Source: a virus. From it: DNA of 64,000 nucleotides. The notes below the pieces were generated by a model. It had not been told where the DNA came from. It made no database searches and saw only the letters and a program-made list of their open reading frames with translations. The translations under genes were made by a program, and so were the position numbers. Where the stretch lies: the IMG/VR virus record IMGVR_UViG_3300006187_000001; one strand, given 5' to 3'. This document shows, one piece after another, positions 51,004 to 59,876 of this stretch (the stretch's first letter is position 1; each line of letters starts with the position of its first letter).

Positions 51004-51663
51004 GTGTCAAGAGCAATAGCACGTGCCCTGGCCGATGTGAAAGTGAGTGAAGGACTCAGCGCGAAGGAGGTCGCTAAGAGGGCAGATATCTCTTATGACG
51101 TCCTTCGGAACTACAAGCTTGGAAGGACCAGCCCGGACGAGGCGAGCCTAGACCGCCTTCGCAAGGTCATGAAGCTGCCCAAGACCTGGCCAAAGAGCGA
51201 ACCTGACAGCGATGGGGAGATCGTTAGCCTTTCAGGTACGCCAATGAAGCCTATCCGCGTAGTAGGTGAAGTTGAAGCTGGAGAAGGAGCCTACAACGTA
51301 GATATCGATGAGTCATCGATCCTTGTGCCAGAGAGGCTTGCCGGACTTGGCGGCTTCGGATGGATTGTCCGTGGGGACTCCATGATGCCGTTTCTTCAGC
51401 CAGGTATGGTCGCTGTTTTCAAAGAGTACAGAGAGCCGCGGCCGGGGTTCACATTCCTGCTCAAATCTAAGGATGGTGGGCTCCGGGTTAAGACGCTTGA
51501 GTGGCGCGATGGGCAATGGATGATGATCTCAACTAACCCAACGTACGCACCTACTCCGATCGATGATCACCAGCTCCTTGGTTACCTCATTGGATGGTAT
51601 CGAACGAAAGGCGCAAGAGAAACGATGGACTCAGATCCAGGTGGGCTCATTCTCTCAGAATAG
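51004..51663 (+). CDS. CI-type repressor: XRE HTH + S24 (LexA-like) autopeptidase domain
   Basis: LSAKEVAKRADISYDVLRNYKLG (HTH); IVRGDSMMP (Ser nucleophile) and LLKSKDGGLRVK (Lys). GTG at 51004 preceded by AAGGAGAG. Confidence 0.8.
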   Translation: MSRAIARALADVKVSEGLSAKEVAKRADISYDVLRNYKLGRTSPDEASLDRLRKVMKLPKTWPKSEPDSDGEIVSLSGTPMKPIRVVGEVEAGEGAYNVDIDESSILVPERLAGLGGFGWIVRGDSMMPFLQPGMVAVFKEYREPRPGFTFLLKSKDGGLRVKTLEWRDGQWMMISTNPTYAPTPIDDHQLLGYLIGWYRTKGARETMDSDPGGLILSE

Positions 51664-51666
51664 ACT

Positions 51667-51707
51667 TTGCGCAAAATTGTGCGCAAGTTTTATACCGTTT
51701 TGCGCAA
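51667..51707. promoter_or_regulatory. Three further TTGCGCAA-type operators directly downstream of cI and upstream of the plus-strand operon
   Basis: TTGCGCAA 51667-51674, variant TTGTGCGCAA 51677-51686, TTGCGCAA 51700-51707. Confidence 0.7.
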
Positions 51708-51758
51708 AGGTGTGGTAGATTGATTCTGTAGCCGCTGACACGGCTGAGGAATCAATCA

Positions 51759-52031
51759 ATGTCCAACTTCACACAGAGACACACAACCCAGGAGATCGGC
51801 AAGCCAATTGTCTGCTGGGTTGGTTCCGACTTCAAGGGTGGCACCAAGGTCATCGTAAGTGACCCCCTCACCCTCAATCGCTTCTTGATTGAGAACATGC
51901 AGAGCCGGGAGGTTCGTGCCTACCGAGGCGGGCACCGAATCGCTTGCGTCAACTGCAATTCGAGCCGCACGCGCTGGTCACGGCACATCGATATCGATGT
52001 CTGGAACGAAGTTCCGGAGCGTTTGCGATGA
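51759..52031 (+). CDS. hypothetical protein
   Basis: 90-aa ORF, first gene of the plus-strand operon. Confidence 0.45.
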   Translation: MSNFTQRHTTQEIGKPIVCWVGSDFKGGTKVIVSDPLTLNRFLIENMQSREVRAYRGGHRIACVNCNSSRTRWSRHIDIDVWNEVPERLR

Positions 52032-52228
52032 GGGAACTCATCCAAATGCAGATGGCTGAACGTGCGATCGCAAAAGCCAGGCGCGATCGGCAATTCCAAA
52101 TCTCGGTTCTCACCATCACCGCGTTGGTCCTCGGCATCGCCCTGATGTTCGCCTACAACCTTGGCGTTGCCAAGGGCTACGAAGTCGGTCGATATGACCG
52201 CTTACCGTTTGGAGGTGGGATCCGATGA
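52028..52228 (+). CDS. small membrane protein
   Basis: ATGA overlap; TM helix ISVLTITALVLGIALMFAY. Confidence 0.45.
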   Translation: MRELIQMQMAERAIAKARRDRQFQISVLTITALVLGIALMFAYNLGVAKGYEVGRYDRLPFGGGIR

Positions 52229-52407
52229 AGGAGGGTCTCGCTCAAGGTTCGTCCTGGCGGCAAGCCGAATCACATCGCCGAATGGTGACATTCGCCACAG
52301 CTCAGGCGGAGTACCACGAAAAGCGTGCCGAATACTGGCGTCGGATAGTAACCGAATGCGAGGCCGAAGCCGACCGGCTTGAATCGGGCGAGGAGCAGGA
52401 GGCCTGA
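52225..52407 (+). CDS. hypothetical small helical protein
   Basis: 60-aa ORF with an ATGA overlap. Confidence 0.4.
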   Translation: MKEGLAQGSSWRQAESHRRMVTFATAQAEYHEKRAEYWRRIVTECEAEADRLESGEEQEA

Positions 52408-52691
52408 TGTACCAGGTCTACATTCCCGACCTGCGCACTTGGGAGCCCGCCGTAGATGCGGCTCCCGTCCAGTTCGAGAACTTCGACCAGTTTAGTTTCT
52501 TCGTCGCTCGAAGCTCTTACGGATGGGCTGTCTATGAGACGTCCACGGGGATGCTCGTTCCCGATTCCGAGAGCGACCACAAGCAAACCGCCATCGATCG
52601 CGCGAAAGAGTCCCTGGAGCACTGGGGAATCGAAACGACCAAGCAAGCGATCGAAACGGCCCTGACCGAGATGGGGGCGATGAGCGCCTAG
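52407..52691 (+). CDS. hypothetical protein
   Basis: 94-aa ORF with a TGATG overlap. Confidence 0.45.
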   Translation: MYQVYIPDLRTWEPAVDAAPVQFENFDQFSFFVARSSYGWAVYETSTGMLVPDSESDHKQTAIDRAKESLEHWGIETTKQAIETALTEMGAMSA

Positions 52692-52713
52692 CCATCACCT
52701 GAAGGAGTTTGTT

Positions 52714-53283
52714 ATGTCCAGCATCCCAACAACAACCGACGGCGTCGTCGTTCGAAAGCAGAACATTTTTGAGATCGGAGAAGAGCTCGAACAGATATTC
52801 GACGCATTCGATCACCTTCCCTCTGACGAAGCCGACGAAGAGATTCGCAAGGCTCTTGAAGCCTACTTCGAGAAGGTCGGCGAGGACCTCAACAACAAGA
52901 TCGACGGCTATTGCGGCCTGATCAAAACGATGGAAGCCCGGGCCAAGATTCGAGCAGAAGAGGCCAAGCGCCTGAAGTCCTTGGCCGAGACCGACGAGAA
53001 CAACGCCAAGCGACTCAAGAAGCGCCTAAACGACTTCATGTCTGTGACCTCCAACACGAAGATGGAGACCAGGCGATTCAAAGTCTGGGTTCAAAACAAC
53101 GGTGGGGCAACGCCCATCGAATGGACCGGTGGTGAAGAGCCAGACCCCGAGACGTTGCCTCCGGCCTACGTGATCATCAAGAAAGAGCTTGACCTTGAGG
53201 CGATCCGTTCTGACCTCGAAGGCGAAATCCCCCTCGACTTCGCAAAACTCGGTGAGCGCGGCACTCACGTGAGGATCAAATGA
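52714..53283 (+). CDS. Siphovirus Gp157-family protein
   Basis: Coiled-coil centre (IKTMEARAKIRAEEAKRLKSLAETDENNAKRLKKRLNDFM), then ...RRFKVWVQNNG... and a C-terminal GTHVRIK, as in Gp157-like proteins. Confidence 0.6.
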   Translation: MSSIPTTTDGVVVRKQNIFEIGEELEQIFDAFDHLPSDEADEEIRKALEAYFEKVGEDLNNKIDGYCGLIKTMEARAKIRAEEAKRLKSLAETDENNAKRLKKRLNDFMSVTSNTKMETRRFKVWVQNNGGATPIEWTGGEEPDPETLPPAYVIIKKELDLEAIRSDLEGEIPLDFAKLGERGTHVRIK

Positions 53284-53555
53284 AGCACGCGATCCTCCTG
53301 TTCCTAATCGGTTGCATCTGTGTCCAGCTTTGTGGAATCGGCATGAGCCTCGACAAGATTTCCAAGCAGTCGCCCGCACCAGTTGCGCCCGCTACTCCTA
53401 TCGTCGTCCTGATTCCCCAGGACGGGAGAAAGCCCCTGCTTCCCGCCGTGGCGCCTCTTCCTGACCACTACACCGAGGACCTCATCGCTGAACTCAAGGC
53501 GGCGGGTCTCTCGGATTCCGACGCTGCGAAGTTCCGCAAGGAGGTGTCTCGATGA
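53280..53555 (+). CDS. small secreted/membrane protein
   Basis: N-terminal hydrophobic segment MKHAILLFLIGCICVQLCG (possible lipobox). Confidence 0.45.
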   Translation: MKHAILLFLIGCICVQLCGIGMSLDKISKQSPAPVAPATPIVVLIPQDGRKPLLPAVAPLPDHYTEDLIAELKAAGLSDSDAAKFRKEVSR

Positions 53556-54307
53556 GTGCCAAGTACATCGACATCGCCATAATGTGTGGCGCTTGCAAAG
53601 CCATCGTCGGGAGCGGGAGAGAGGCGGAAGAAACGATCGCTCAGATGGAGCCCATTGCGAAGGCCGCTGGGCTTCAGTTTCTCCGAATGTGGATGGATCC
53701 GAACATCCAGACAGAAGAGTGCTCGTGTCCAGAGCCAAAGCCTGCTCAGAAATTCGCGAACGCAATGTCCTTGAGCGGGATGTTCGAGGTTGAGATTAAA
53801 CCGAAAGATAAAGGCAAGTGGGAGAAGTTTCAACCTTCATTTTTCACTAAGAGTGAACTCCGGCCAGACGACCCTGAAAAGGCGCGGGAACTTCTGCATC
53901 AGAAGATCAAAGAGATCGAAGAACAGACAGGTCTCAAAGGCATTTCCGTTGGGATCATCGAACAAGCAATACCCACAAAGTTCCCTAATCGATCGAAGGT
54001 TGACCAAAAGTGCTTGTACGCATTTTCGGTGGACGGATTTGAAGGGTTGTTGTTCCTGGTCCTTAGCTACAAACGAAGCTGGAATGAATGCGAGTTAAGG
54101 GTGGTTGAGTCCGAGTACGGGTTTCAGGTTTTCCCTATTGATCCCACACAAGTTGTCGTCTTCAAGAAAAGGGACCTGACGGCCAAGACCATCAAGGAGG
54201 AACTTGCTTTCCCCTTGGCCACTCACCTTGTCAAGAGCGCCACGCCCGAGAAGTTCAAAGCCTGGGTTCGAGAGAACGCAGAACTGTACGCGGGAGGCGC
54301 AAAGTGA
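53552..54307 (+). CDS. hypothetical protein
   Basis: 251-aa ORF with an ATGA overlap. Confidence 0.5.
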   Translation: MSAKYIDIAIMCGACKAIVGSGREAEETIAQMEPIAKAAGLQFLRMWMDPNIQTEECSCPEPKPAQKFANAMSLSGMFEVEIKPKDKGKWEKFQPSFFTKSELRPDDPEKARELLHQKIKEIEEQTGLKGISVGIIEQAIPTKFPNRSKVDQKCLYAFSVDGFEGLLFLVLSYKRSWNECELRVVESEYGFQVFPIDPTQVVVFKKRDLTAKTIKEELAFPLATHLVKSATPEKFKAWVRENAELYAGGAK

Positions 54308-55401
54308 ACAACTCCAAAATCGAATGGACGGACGCCACTTGGAACCCCATCGTCGGATGTTCGAAGGTCTCCGAAGGTTGTCGGAACTGCTACGCCATGA
54401 CGATGGCGGCGAGGATCGCGAACGCTGCCCAAGCTGCATTGCGCCAAGGAAAGGGCTTGACCGATGTCCAGGCCGCTTATCGCAACGTGGTGAAGTGGGA
54501 GAACGGCAAAGACCGCGCTGCCGGCGAAAACGACAAGGCGTTGCCGCAGTGGAACAACCTGATCGCGGTCATCGACAGTGTGCTGACTCTTCCGCTTCGA
54601 TGGAAGTCACCGAGGCGGATTTTCGTGAACTCGATGGCGGATCTGTTCCATGAGTCAGTTCCGTTTGAAGTGATCGACCAGGTTTTCGCGGTGATGGCAC
54701 TTTGCCCCGAACACTCCTTCCAAATTCTAACAAAGCGTCCGGAGCGGATGGCTGAGTACTTGAACCAAGTCAACGTTGACCAGTTCCGATCCATGGTCTT
54801 CGTAAACACCCTTCGCGAGTTCAAAGAGCCCAAGAGCCCGGAACCGTTTCGACGAGCGTCAGAAGCAGTCAAATGGCCACTGCCTAACGTTTGGCTAGGA
54901 ACGTCGGTCGAGAACCAGGAGCAATTCCTGAAGCGGGTTCGGGCACTGATTCATTGCCCGGCAACGGTTCGCTTCCTGAGCTGTGAGCCACTTGTTGGTG
55001 AACTAGTGGTGACGGATCTCTTCCCTGATGACCCAAACCTTGGTTTTGATCCCTTGACGGGACGAATGTGGGGCGGCATCCCAGGGGGAGAGGATTTCTT
55101 CGAGAGCTTAAGGATTCATTGGGTGATCTGTGGCGGAGAATCCGGCCACGGCGCAAGACCGATGCAGTTGGAATGGGCAAGATCTCTTCGGGATCAATGC
55201 CAAGCGGCTGGCGTCCCCTTCTTCTTCAAGCAATGGGGAGAGCACTCGCCTTACTACGAGAAGGCTGACACCGAAACGGGTCGAATCGTCCTGGCCGAAC
55301 TTCCACATGGCGAATCCCGCCGAGTAGGCAAGAAGGCTGCCGGTCGACTTCTCGACGGCCGCGAGTGGAATGAGTTTCCGGGGGTGGCCAAGGATGCCTA
55401 A
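54304..55401 (+). CDS. phage Gp37/Gp68 family protein (DUF5131)
   Basis: N-terminus SKIEWTDATWNPIVGCSKVSEGCRNCYA is the family signature. Confidence 0.85.
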   Translation: MNNSKIEWTDATWNPIVGCSKVSEGCRNCYAMTMAARIANAAQAALRQGKGLTDVQAAYRNVVKWENGKDRAAGENDKALPQWNNLIAVIDSVLTLPLRWKSPRRIFVNSMADLFHESVPFEVIDQVFAVMALCPEHSFQILTKRPERMAEYLNQVNVDQFRSMVFVNTLREFKEPKSPEPFRRASEAVKWPLPNVWLGTSVENQEQFLKRVRALIHCPATVRFLSCEPLVGELVVTDLFPDDPNLGFDPLTGRMWGGIPGGEDFFESLRIHWVICGGESGHGARPMQLEWARSLRDQCQAAGVPFFFKQWGEHSPYYEKADTETGRIVLAELPHGESRRVGKKAAGRLLDGREWNEFPGVAKDA

Positions 55402-55729
55402 CCTCGATGGCCCTAAGCCGACTCCGGCGCGGGTGCTAACCCTCGACTTCGATCAAGACTTATACCGATCGATGCTTCGACCGGAGACGCAAGCAGCTCT
55501 CGCCGAACGCGACCGCAATCAGATGTCTCCCTTCCGGGGTGACAGCCAGCGGTGCAAGGAGTGCGACGAACCGTTTCGCCCGTGTGACTCGACCGGATCC
55601 GACCTAGGTCTTTGCCAGAACTGCTGGGAAGCACTATCGGCCAACGATTTCTGGAAAGAGGTCAAGGACCTTGAGCCAACCGGATATCCCGACGAATACC
55701 GGCGCGTGAGTGGAGGCGATCAGTCGTGA
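55394..55729 (+). CDS. hypothetical zinc-finger protein
   Basis: CKECDE...(17)..CQNCW; the ATG at 55394 overlaps the upstream end. Confidence 0.45.
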   Translation: MPNLDGPKPTPARVLTLDFDQDLYRSMLRPETQAALAERDRNQMSPFRGDSQRCKECDEPFRPCDSTGSDLGLCQNCWEALSANDFWKEVKDLEPTGYPDEYRRVSGGDQS

Positions 55730-55956
55730 ACACACCGACCCGGATCGTCTACATCGACCCCGTGACGAAGACGCGGCTATATGCCGCCCCTGGCGGCAAG
55801 TGGGTGACCATCGACGGCAACAAGTACTCGCCGGTGGGTCAGCCCCAATCCGAACGAAATTACAAGGAGGTTTCCCATGGTGGAAGTGAACAGCAAGTGG
55901 CGCAAGAAATGCTCCCGGCACGATTCGCATATCTACACGGTTGCGGAGGTTTCTGA
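55726..55956 (+). CDS. hypothetical small protein
   Basis: 76-aa ORF with a 4-nt overlap. Confidence 0.4.
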   Translation: MNTPTRIVYIDPVTKTRLYAAPGGKWVTIDGNKYSPVGQPQSERNYKEVSHGGSEQQVAQEMLPARFAYLHGCGGF

Positions 55957-56086
55957 GATCCGCAACGGCATACGCGTGAAAGCCGAGATGGAACAACACG
56001 GCATCCGCTCTCGATGGATTGGTCCGATCGAGGACTTCGAGGCTGAGTTTGAGATGGTTCAGGAGGTGGCACATGCACGCTTCTAA
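55877..56086 (+). CDS. hypothetical small protein
   Basis: ATG preceded by AAGGAGG; it overlaps the end of the previous ORF, so one of the two may be shorter. Confidence 0.45.
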   Translation: MVEVNSKWRKKCSRHDSHIYTVAEVSEIRNGIRVKAEMEQHGIRSRWIGPIEDFEAEFEMVQEVAHARF

Positions 56087-56663
56087 TTCCGAACACTACA
56101 CTTCGTGCCCAATGTTCGCCGAAACGGTCCGTTTGGCACGATGGGCCGAGGGAGACCTGCCGGGTTCTCGGAGGCTGGTGCGATTCTCCATGGAGATTTA
56201 TTGGCTTCGAGAAAGCGAAACACATTTCGCCTACTATTGGGACGGTCGGATTTTTCGAGAAAGCTCGACGACCAATGACTTCTATGGATTTCTGACATCG
56301 CCAACCGTTGAAGTGTATGAGCGGACCGTTAACCTATTCTCGTTAACTGCAACAGATCGGCTTGAATATCGTGCAACAACGATCATTTCAGAATATCCCG
56401 TTCAACTAATCAAGGCCGAGCCAGGGAAAAAGTCTCTCGTCAAGACATTCTCCAGTGACATCTTCCTTGGATCAGAAGACGACTATGTGCGGATTGAGAA
56501 TTACGATTACGACAAAGGGGAACCCGACTGGGTTCCCGGCGACGTACTGCTAAAGCCTCGCACAGTCGACGAAGTAGTAACGTTCTCGTCAAAGCGGTCG
56601 GAAGAGGAAAACGACCGATCCCTTAGTGACCTACGGGCGCGATGGATGGAGGTAGTCCGATGA
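56073..56663 (+). CDS. hypothetical protein
   Basis: ATG at 56073 (MHASNSE); the track ORF starts at 56019. Confidence 0.45.
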   Translation: MHASNSEHYTSCPMFAETVRLARWAEGDLPGSRRLVRFSMEIYWLRESETHFAYYWDGRIFRESSTTNDFYGFLTSPTVEVYERTVNLFSLTATDRLEYRATTIISEYPVQLIKAEPGKKSLVKTFSSDIFLGSEDDYVRIENYDYDKGEPDWVPGDVLLKPRTVDEVVTFSSKRSEEENDRSLSDLRARWMEVVR

Positions 56664-59206
56664 GCCCAAGGGAAGATCTTTCGCAGTACGAGGGCTTCTT
56701 AAAGGCCAAGATCAAACTCGACAAGGGTAGCGGCTTCGATGTCGACCCGGCCGAGATGAATCCTAACGTCAAGGACTTTGTCCGAGCAATGGTCGCCTGG
56801 GCGCTTCGAGGCGGCCGCCGCGCCTTCTTCGCATCGTTCGGCCTGCACAAGAGCTGCGCTCAGCTCGAAACCATGCGTTTGATCGGGAAGCATCGACCAT
56901 GCCGGCGGTTAATCGTCCTGCCCTTGGGGGTGCGACAAGAATTCGTTCTCGACGCCCTCGAGTACTTCTCCGGAGACTACGCCGTCTCGGTTCAGTTCAT
57001 TCAGTCAAGCGAAGAGGTCACGAGTGAAGAGCCGATCTATCTGACGAACTACGAATCAGTTCGAGAAGGAAAGATCGACGTAACCCTCTTTGGAGCAGTG
57101 AGCCTCGATGAAGCTGACGTGCTCCGGTCCTTTGGATCGAAGACATTTGGTGAGTTCCTCTTCGGCCCGATGCAACAGATCCCGTTCCGGTTTGTTGCGA
57201 CGGCCACACCAAGTCCCAACGATCTGCAGGAGCTGATTGCCTATGCTCACTTTCTTGGTGTCATGGATATCTGGGAATCGCGAACCCGGTTCTTTAAGCG
57301 CAACTCCGAGAATGCCGATGACTTAACCCTTCACCCACACAAGGTCGAAGAGTTCTGGCTGTGGGTCGCGTCGTGGGCACTGTTTGTCTCTAAGCCGTCG
57401 GATCTCGGATTCTCTGATGAAGGCTATGTCCTTCCGGAGCTTGATGTTAGATGGCACGAAGTTCCAACCGACCACACGACCGCGGAGCCGACGAAGCTTG
57501 GTCAAGGAAAGCTGCTTAAGGACGATGCCGTCGGAGTAGTTCAAGCATCTCGCGAGAAGCGAATCAGCCTTGAAGCGCGAGTCGCCAAGATGCTCGAACT
57601 TCGAGACGAGGATCCGGATGCGCATCGGCTTATCTGGCACGACTTGGAGGACGAACGGCGCGCCATCGAAGCTGCTATTCCGACCGCGGTATCGGTCTAC
57701 GGTTCTCAGACGGATGAGAAGAAGGAAGCAGCGATCATCGGGTTCCGAAACGGAGAGATCGCAGAGCTCGCGGCCAAGCCGGTCATGCTCGGCGGCGGAT
57801 GCAACTTCCAGCGCCATTGCTCATGGGAGATATTCCTCGGCATCGGGTTCAAATTCCGCGACTTCATTCAGGCGATTCACCGCCTTCAGCGATTTGGTCA
57901 AAAGAACACGGTCCGCGTCGATCTGATCTACTCGGAAGCCGAACGCGGAGTCCGAGAGATCCTGGAAGCGAAGTGGCGCCAACACATCGAGTTGGTTGCG
58001 ACCATGACCGCGATCGTCAAGCAGTTCGGTCTTTGTGGCATCGCGATGGCGGAATCCCTGACGAGATCGATGGGTACCGAGCGAAAAGAGGCCTCGGGGC
58101 AATCCTGGAAGCTGGTCTGCAACGACAGCATTCTTGAGTGCAACGAAATGGAGAGCGACTCGGTTTCGATGATCCTCACATCGATCCCGTTCTCAACTCA
58201 ATACGAGTACACGCCTTCCTATCACGACCTTGGCCACACGGATGATGAAGCCCACTTCTTTGAGCAGATGGACTTTCTGACGTCCAATCTCCTTCGCATC
58301 CTGCAGCCAGGGCGAATCTGCGCTGTCCATGTGAAAGACCGGATCGTGCCAGGGGCAATGACCGGGCTCAAGTATCCAACCGTTTCGCCTTTCCACTGTC
58401 ACACGCTTCTTCACTTCTTGGAGCACGGCTTCACGTTCCTCGGGATGGTGACGATCAAGACGGATGTCGTTCGAGAGAACAACCAGACCTACCGACTCGG
58501 TTGGACAGAGCAATGCAAAGACGGAACCGTCAAGGGCTTCGGAATGCCCGAGTACGTCCTGGTCTTTCGAAAGGCGCCAACGGAAGCAAACAACGGTTAC
58601 GCCGACAATCCCGTGGTTAAGACCAAGGAGGAGTACTCCCTAGCCAGGTGGCAGATCGACGCCGACGGATTGTGGCGATCGAATGGAAACACGATGATCA
58701 GTCACGAGGACTTCCGGGGCCTCAACATGAAATCGGTCTACCGATTGTACGAAGAGCGATCGCTGAATTGCCCTTATGACTTTGGAGCCCATGTTCGCCT
58801 GGCTGAGTTTTTGGACAAGGAAGGCATTCTGCCGACCGACTTCTCATTGATTCCCGTCCACTCGGATCACCCGGAAATCTGGACTGACATCACTCGTATG
58901 CGGACCCTGAACAGCTTCCAAGCCGCCAAGGGCCGGGAGAAACACATCTGTCCGTTGCAAATCGATATCGTCGATCGATTGATCGAACGGTACACGAATC
59001 CGGGCGAAACCGTCTTCGATCCGTTTTGCGGCATCGGAACCGTACCTTGGCGGGCAATCAAGCTCGGTCGCAAAGGCGCCGGCTGCGAACTCAACGCGGG
59101 CTATTGGGCCGACAGCGTTTCCTATCTCAAAGCCGCGGAGGCGGAGATGAACGTACCGACGCTTTTCGACTTCCTGGAGCCGGAGACGGCCGGGGCGGTG
59201 GCGTGA
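56660..59206 (+). CDS. SF2 (SNF2/DEAD-like) helicase fused to a beta-class N4/N6 DNA methyltransferase
   Basis: Helicase: FGLHKS (Walker A-like), SLDEADVL, ATATPSPN, QAIHRLQRFGQ. MTase: motif IV TSIPFSTQYEY before motif I FDPFCGIGTVPWRAIKLGRKGAGCELN. Confidence 0.75.
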   Translation: MSPREDLSQYEGFLKAKIKLDKGSGFDVDPAEMNPNVKDFVRAMVAWALRGGRRAFFASFGLHKSCAQLETMRLIGKHRPCRRLIVLPLGVRQEFVLDALEYFSGDYAVSVQFIQSSEEVTSEEPIYLTNYESVREGKIDVTLFGAVSLDEADVLRSFGSKTFGEFLFGPMQQIPFRFVATATPSPNDLQELIAYAHFLGVMDIWESRTRFFKRNSENADDLTLHPHKVEEFWLWVASWALFVSKPSDLGFSDEGYVLPELDVRWHEVPTDHTTAEPTKLGQGKLLKDDAVGVVQASREKRISLEARVAKMLELRDEDPDAHRLIWHDLEDERRAIEAAIPTAVSVYGSQTDEKKEAAIIGFRNGEIAELAAKPVMLGGGCNFQRHCSWEIFLGIGFKFRDFIQAIHRLQRFGQKNTVRVDLIYSEAERGVREILEAKWRQHIELVATMTAIVKQFGLCGIAMAESLTRSMGTERKEASGQSWKLVCNDSILECNEMESDSVSMILTSIPFSTQYEYTPSYHDLGHTDDEAHFFEQMDFLTSNLLRILQPGRICAVHVKDRIVPGAMTGLKYPTVSPFHCHTLLHFLEHGFTFLGMVTIKTDVVRENNQTYRLGWTEQCKDGTVKGFGMPEYVLVFRKAPTEANNGYADNPVVKTKEEYSLARWQIDADGLWRSNGNTMISHEDFRGLNMKSVYRLYEERSLNCPYDFGAHVRLAEFLDKEGILPTDFSLIPVHSDHPEIWTDITRMRTLNSFQAAKGREKHICPLQIDIVDRLIERYTNPGETVFDPFCGIGTVPWRAIKLGRKGAGCELNAGYWADSVSYLKAAEAEMNVPTLFDFLEPETAGAVA

Positions 59207-59505
59207 TGATTCACTGCGACGAATGCATCCACCTTCGGTGGCAGGAGAGCCTTTTCCCGCCACTCCCGATGAAGATCATCAAAGGGAAGCGCGGAAAGCC
59301 AGACCAGGTCGTCTACGACGCCGAAGCGGCGGAGCTATTCGATACCCCTTACGGCTATTGCAATGCGGGCGTCTCGATTACGTTCCAGATGCCCACGGGA
59401 GATCCTTACAGCCTCTGGGGGTATCGCCCGACCCACCGATGCGCGTGCCGCCAGGAATTCAACCAAGACAGTGAGCCTGAATATCGACTCACGGAGGTCG
59501 CATGA
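59206..59505 (+). CDS. hypothetical Cys-containing protein
   Basis: TGATG overlap with the methylase stop; 99 aa. Confidence 0.45.
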   Translation: MIHCDECIHLRWQESLFPPLPMKIIKGKRGKPDQVVYDAEAAELFDTPYGYCNAGVSITFQMPTGDPYSLWGYRPTHRCACRQEFNQDSEPEYRLTEVA

Positions 59506-59876
59506 GCCCCAAACCAAAAATGAAGCTGATCCGGGATCTCATTCCCGAGGATATGCACAAACGCGGGTACCAGCCCGCCCTCGTGATCCTCTCGCCTTCA
59601 GGACGCCTGGAATGGCTCCTCGAAAAGCTGGTCGAGGAAGCAGCGGAAACGAAGAGTGATGGCGGGAGCCTCGAAGAGTGCGCCGACGTTTACGAAACGC
59701 TCCGCTCGGTCGTGGAAGCGCGGGGAATGAAGATGGAAGACATCATCGCCCGAGCGGACGCGAAAGCGGCCAAGTACGGCCGTTTCGAGAAAGGGCTTCT
59801 CTGGACAAACGCGGACGACGACTCGCCCGAGGCGCAGGTCGCGCGGATCTCATACAAGCAGGAGCGTGAAAGCTGA
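59502..59876 (+). CDS. MazG-like nucleoside triphosphate pyrophosphohydrolase
   Basis: KLIRDLIPEDM...LLEKLVEEAAE....EECADVYETL....KYGRFEKGL fits the all-alpha NTP-PPase (PRA-PH-like) pattern. Confidence 0.65.
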   Translation: MSPKPKMKLIRDLIPEDMHKRGYQPALVILSPSGRLEWLLEKLVEEAAETKSDGGSLEECADVYETLRSVVEARGMKMEDIIARADAKAAKYGRFEKGLLWTNADDDSPEAQVARISYKQERES

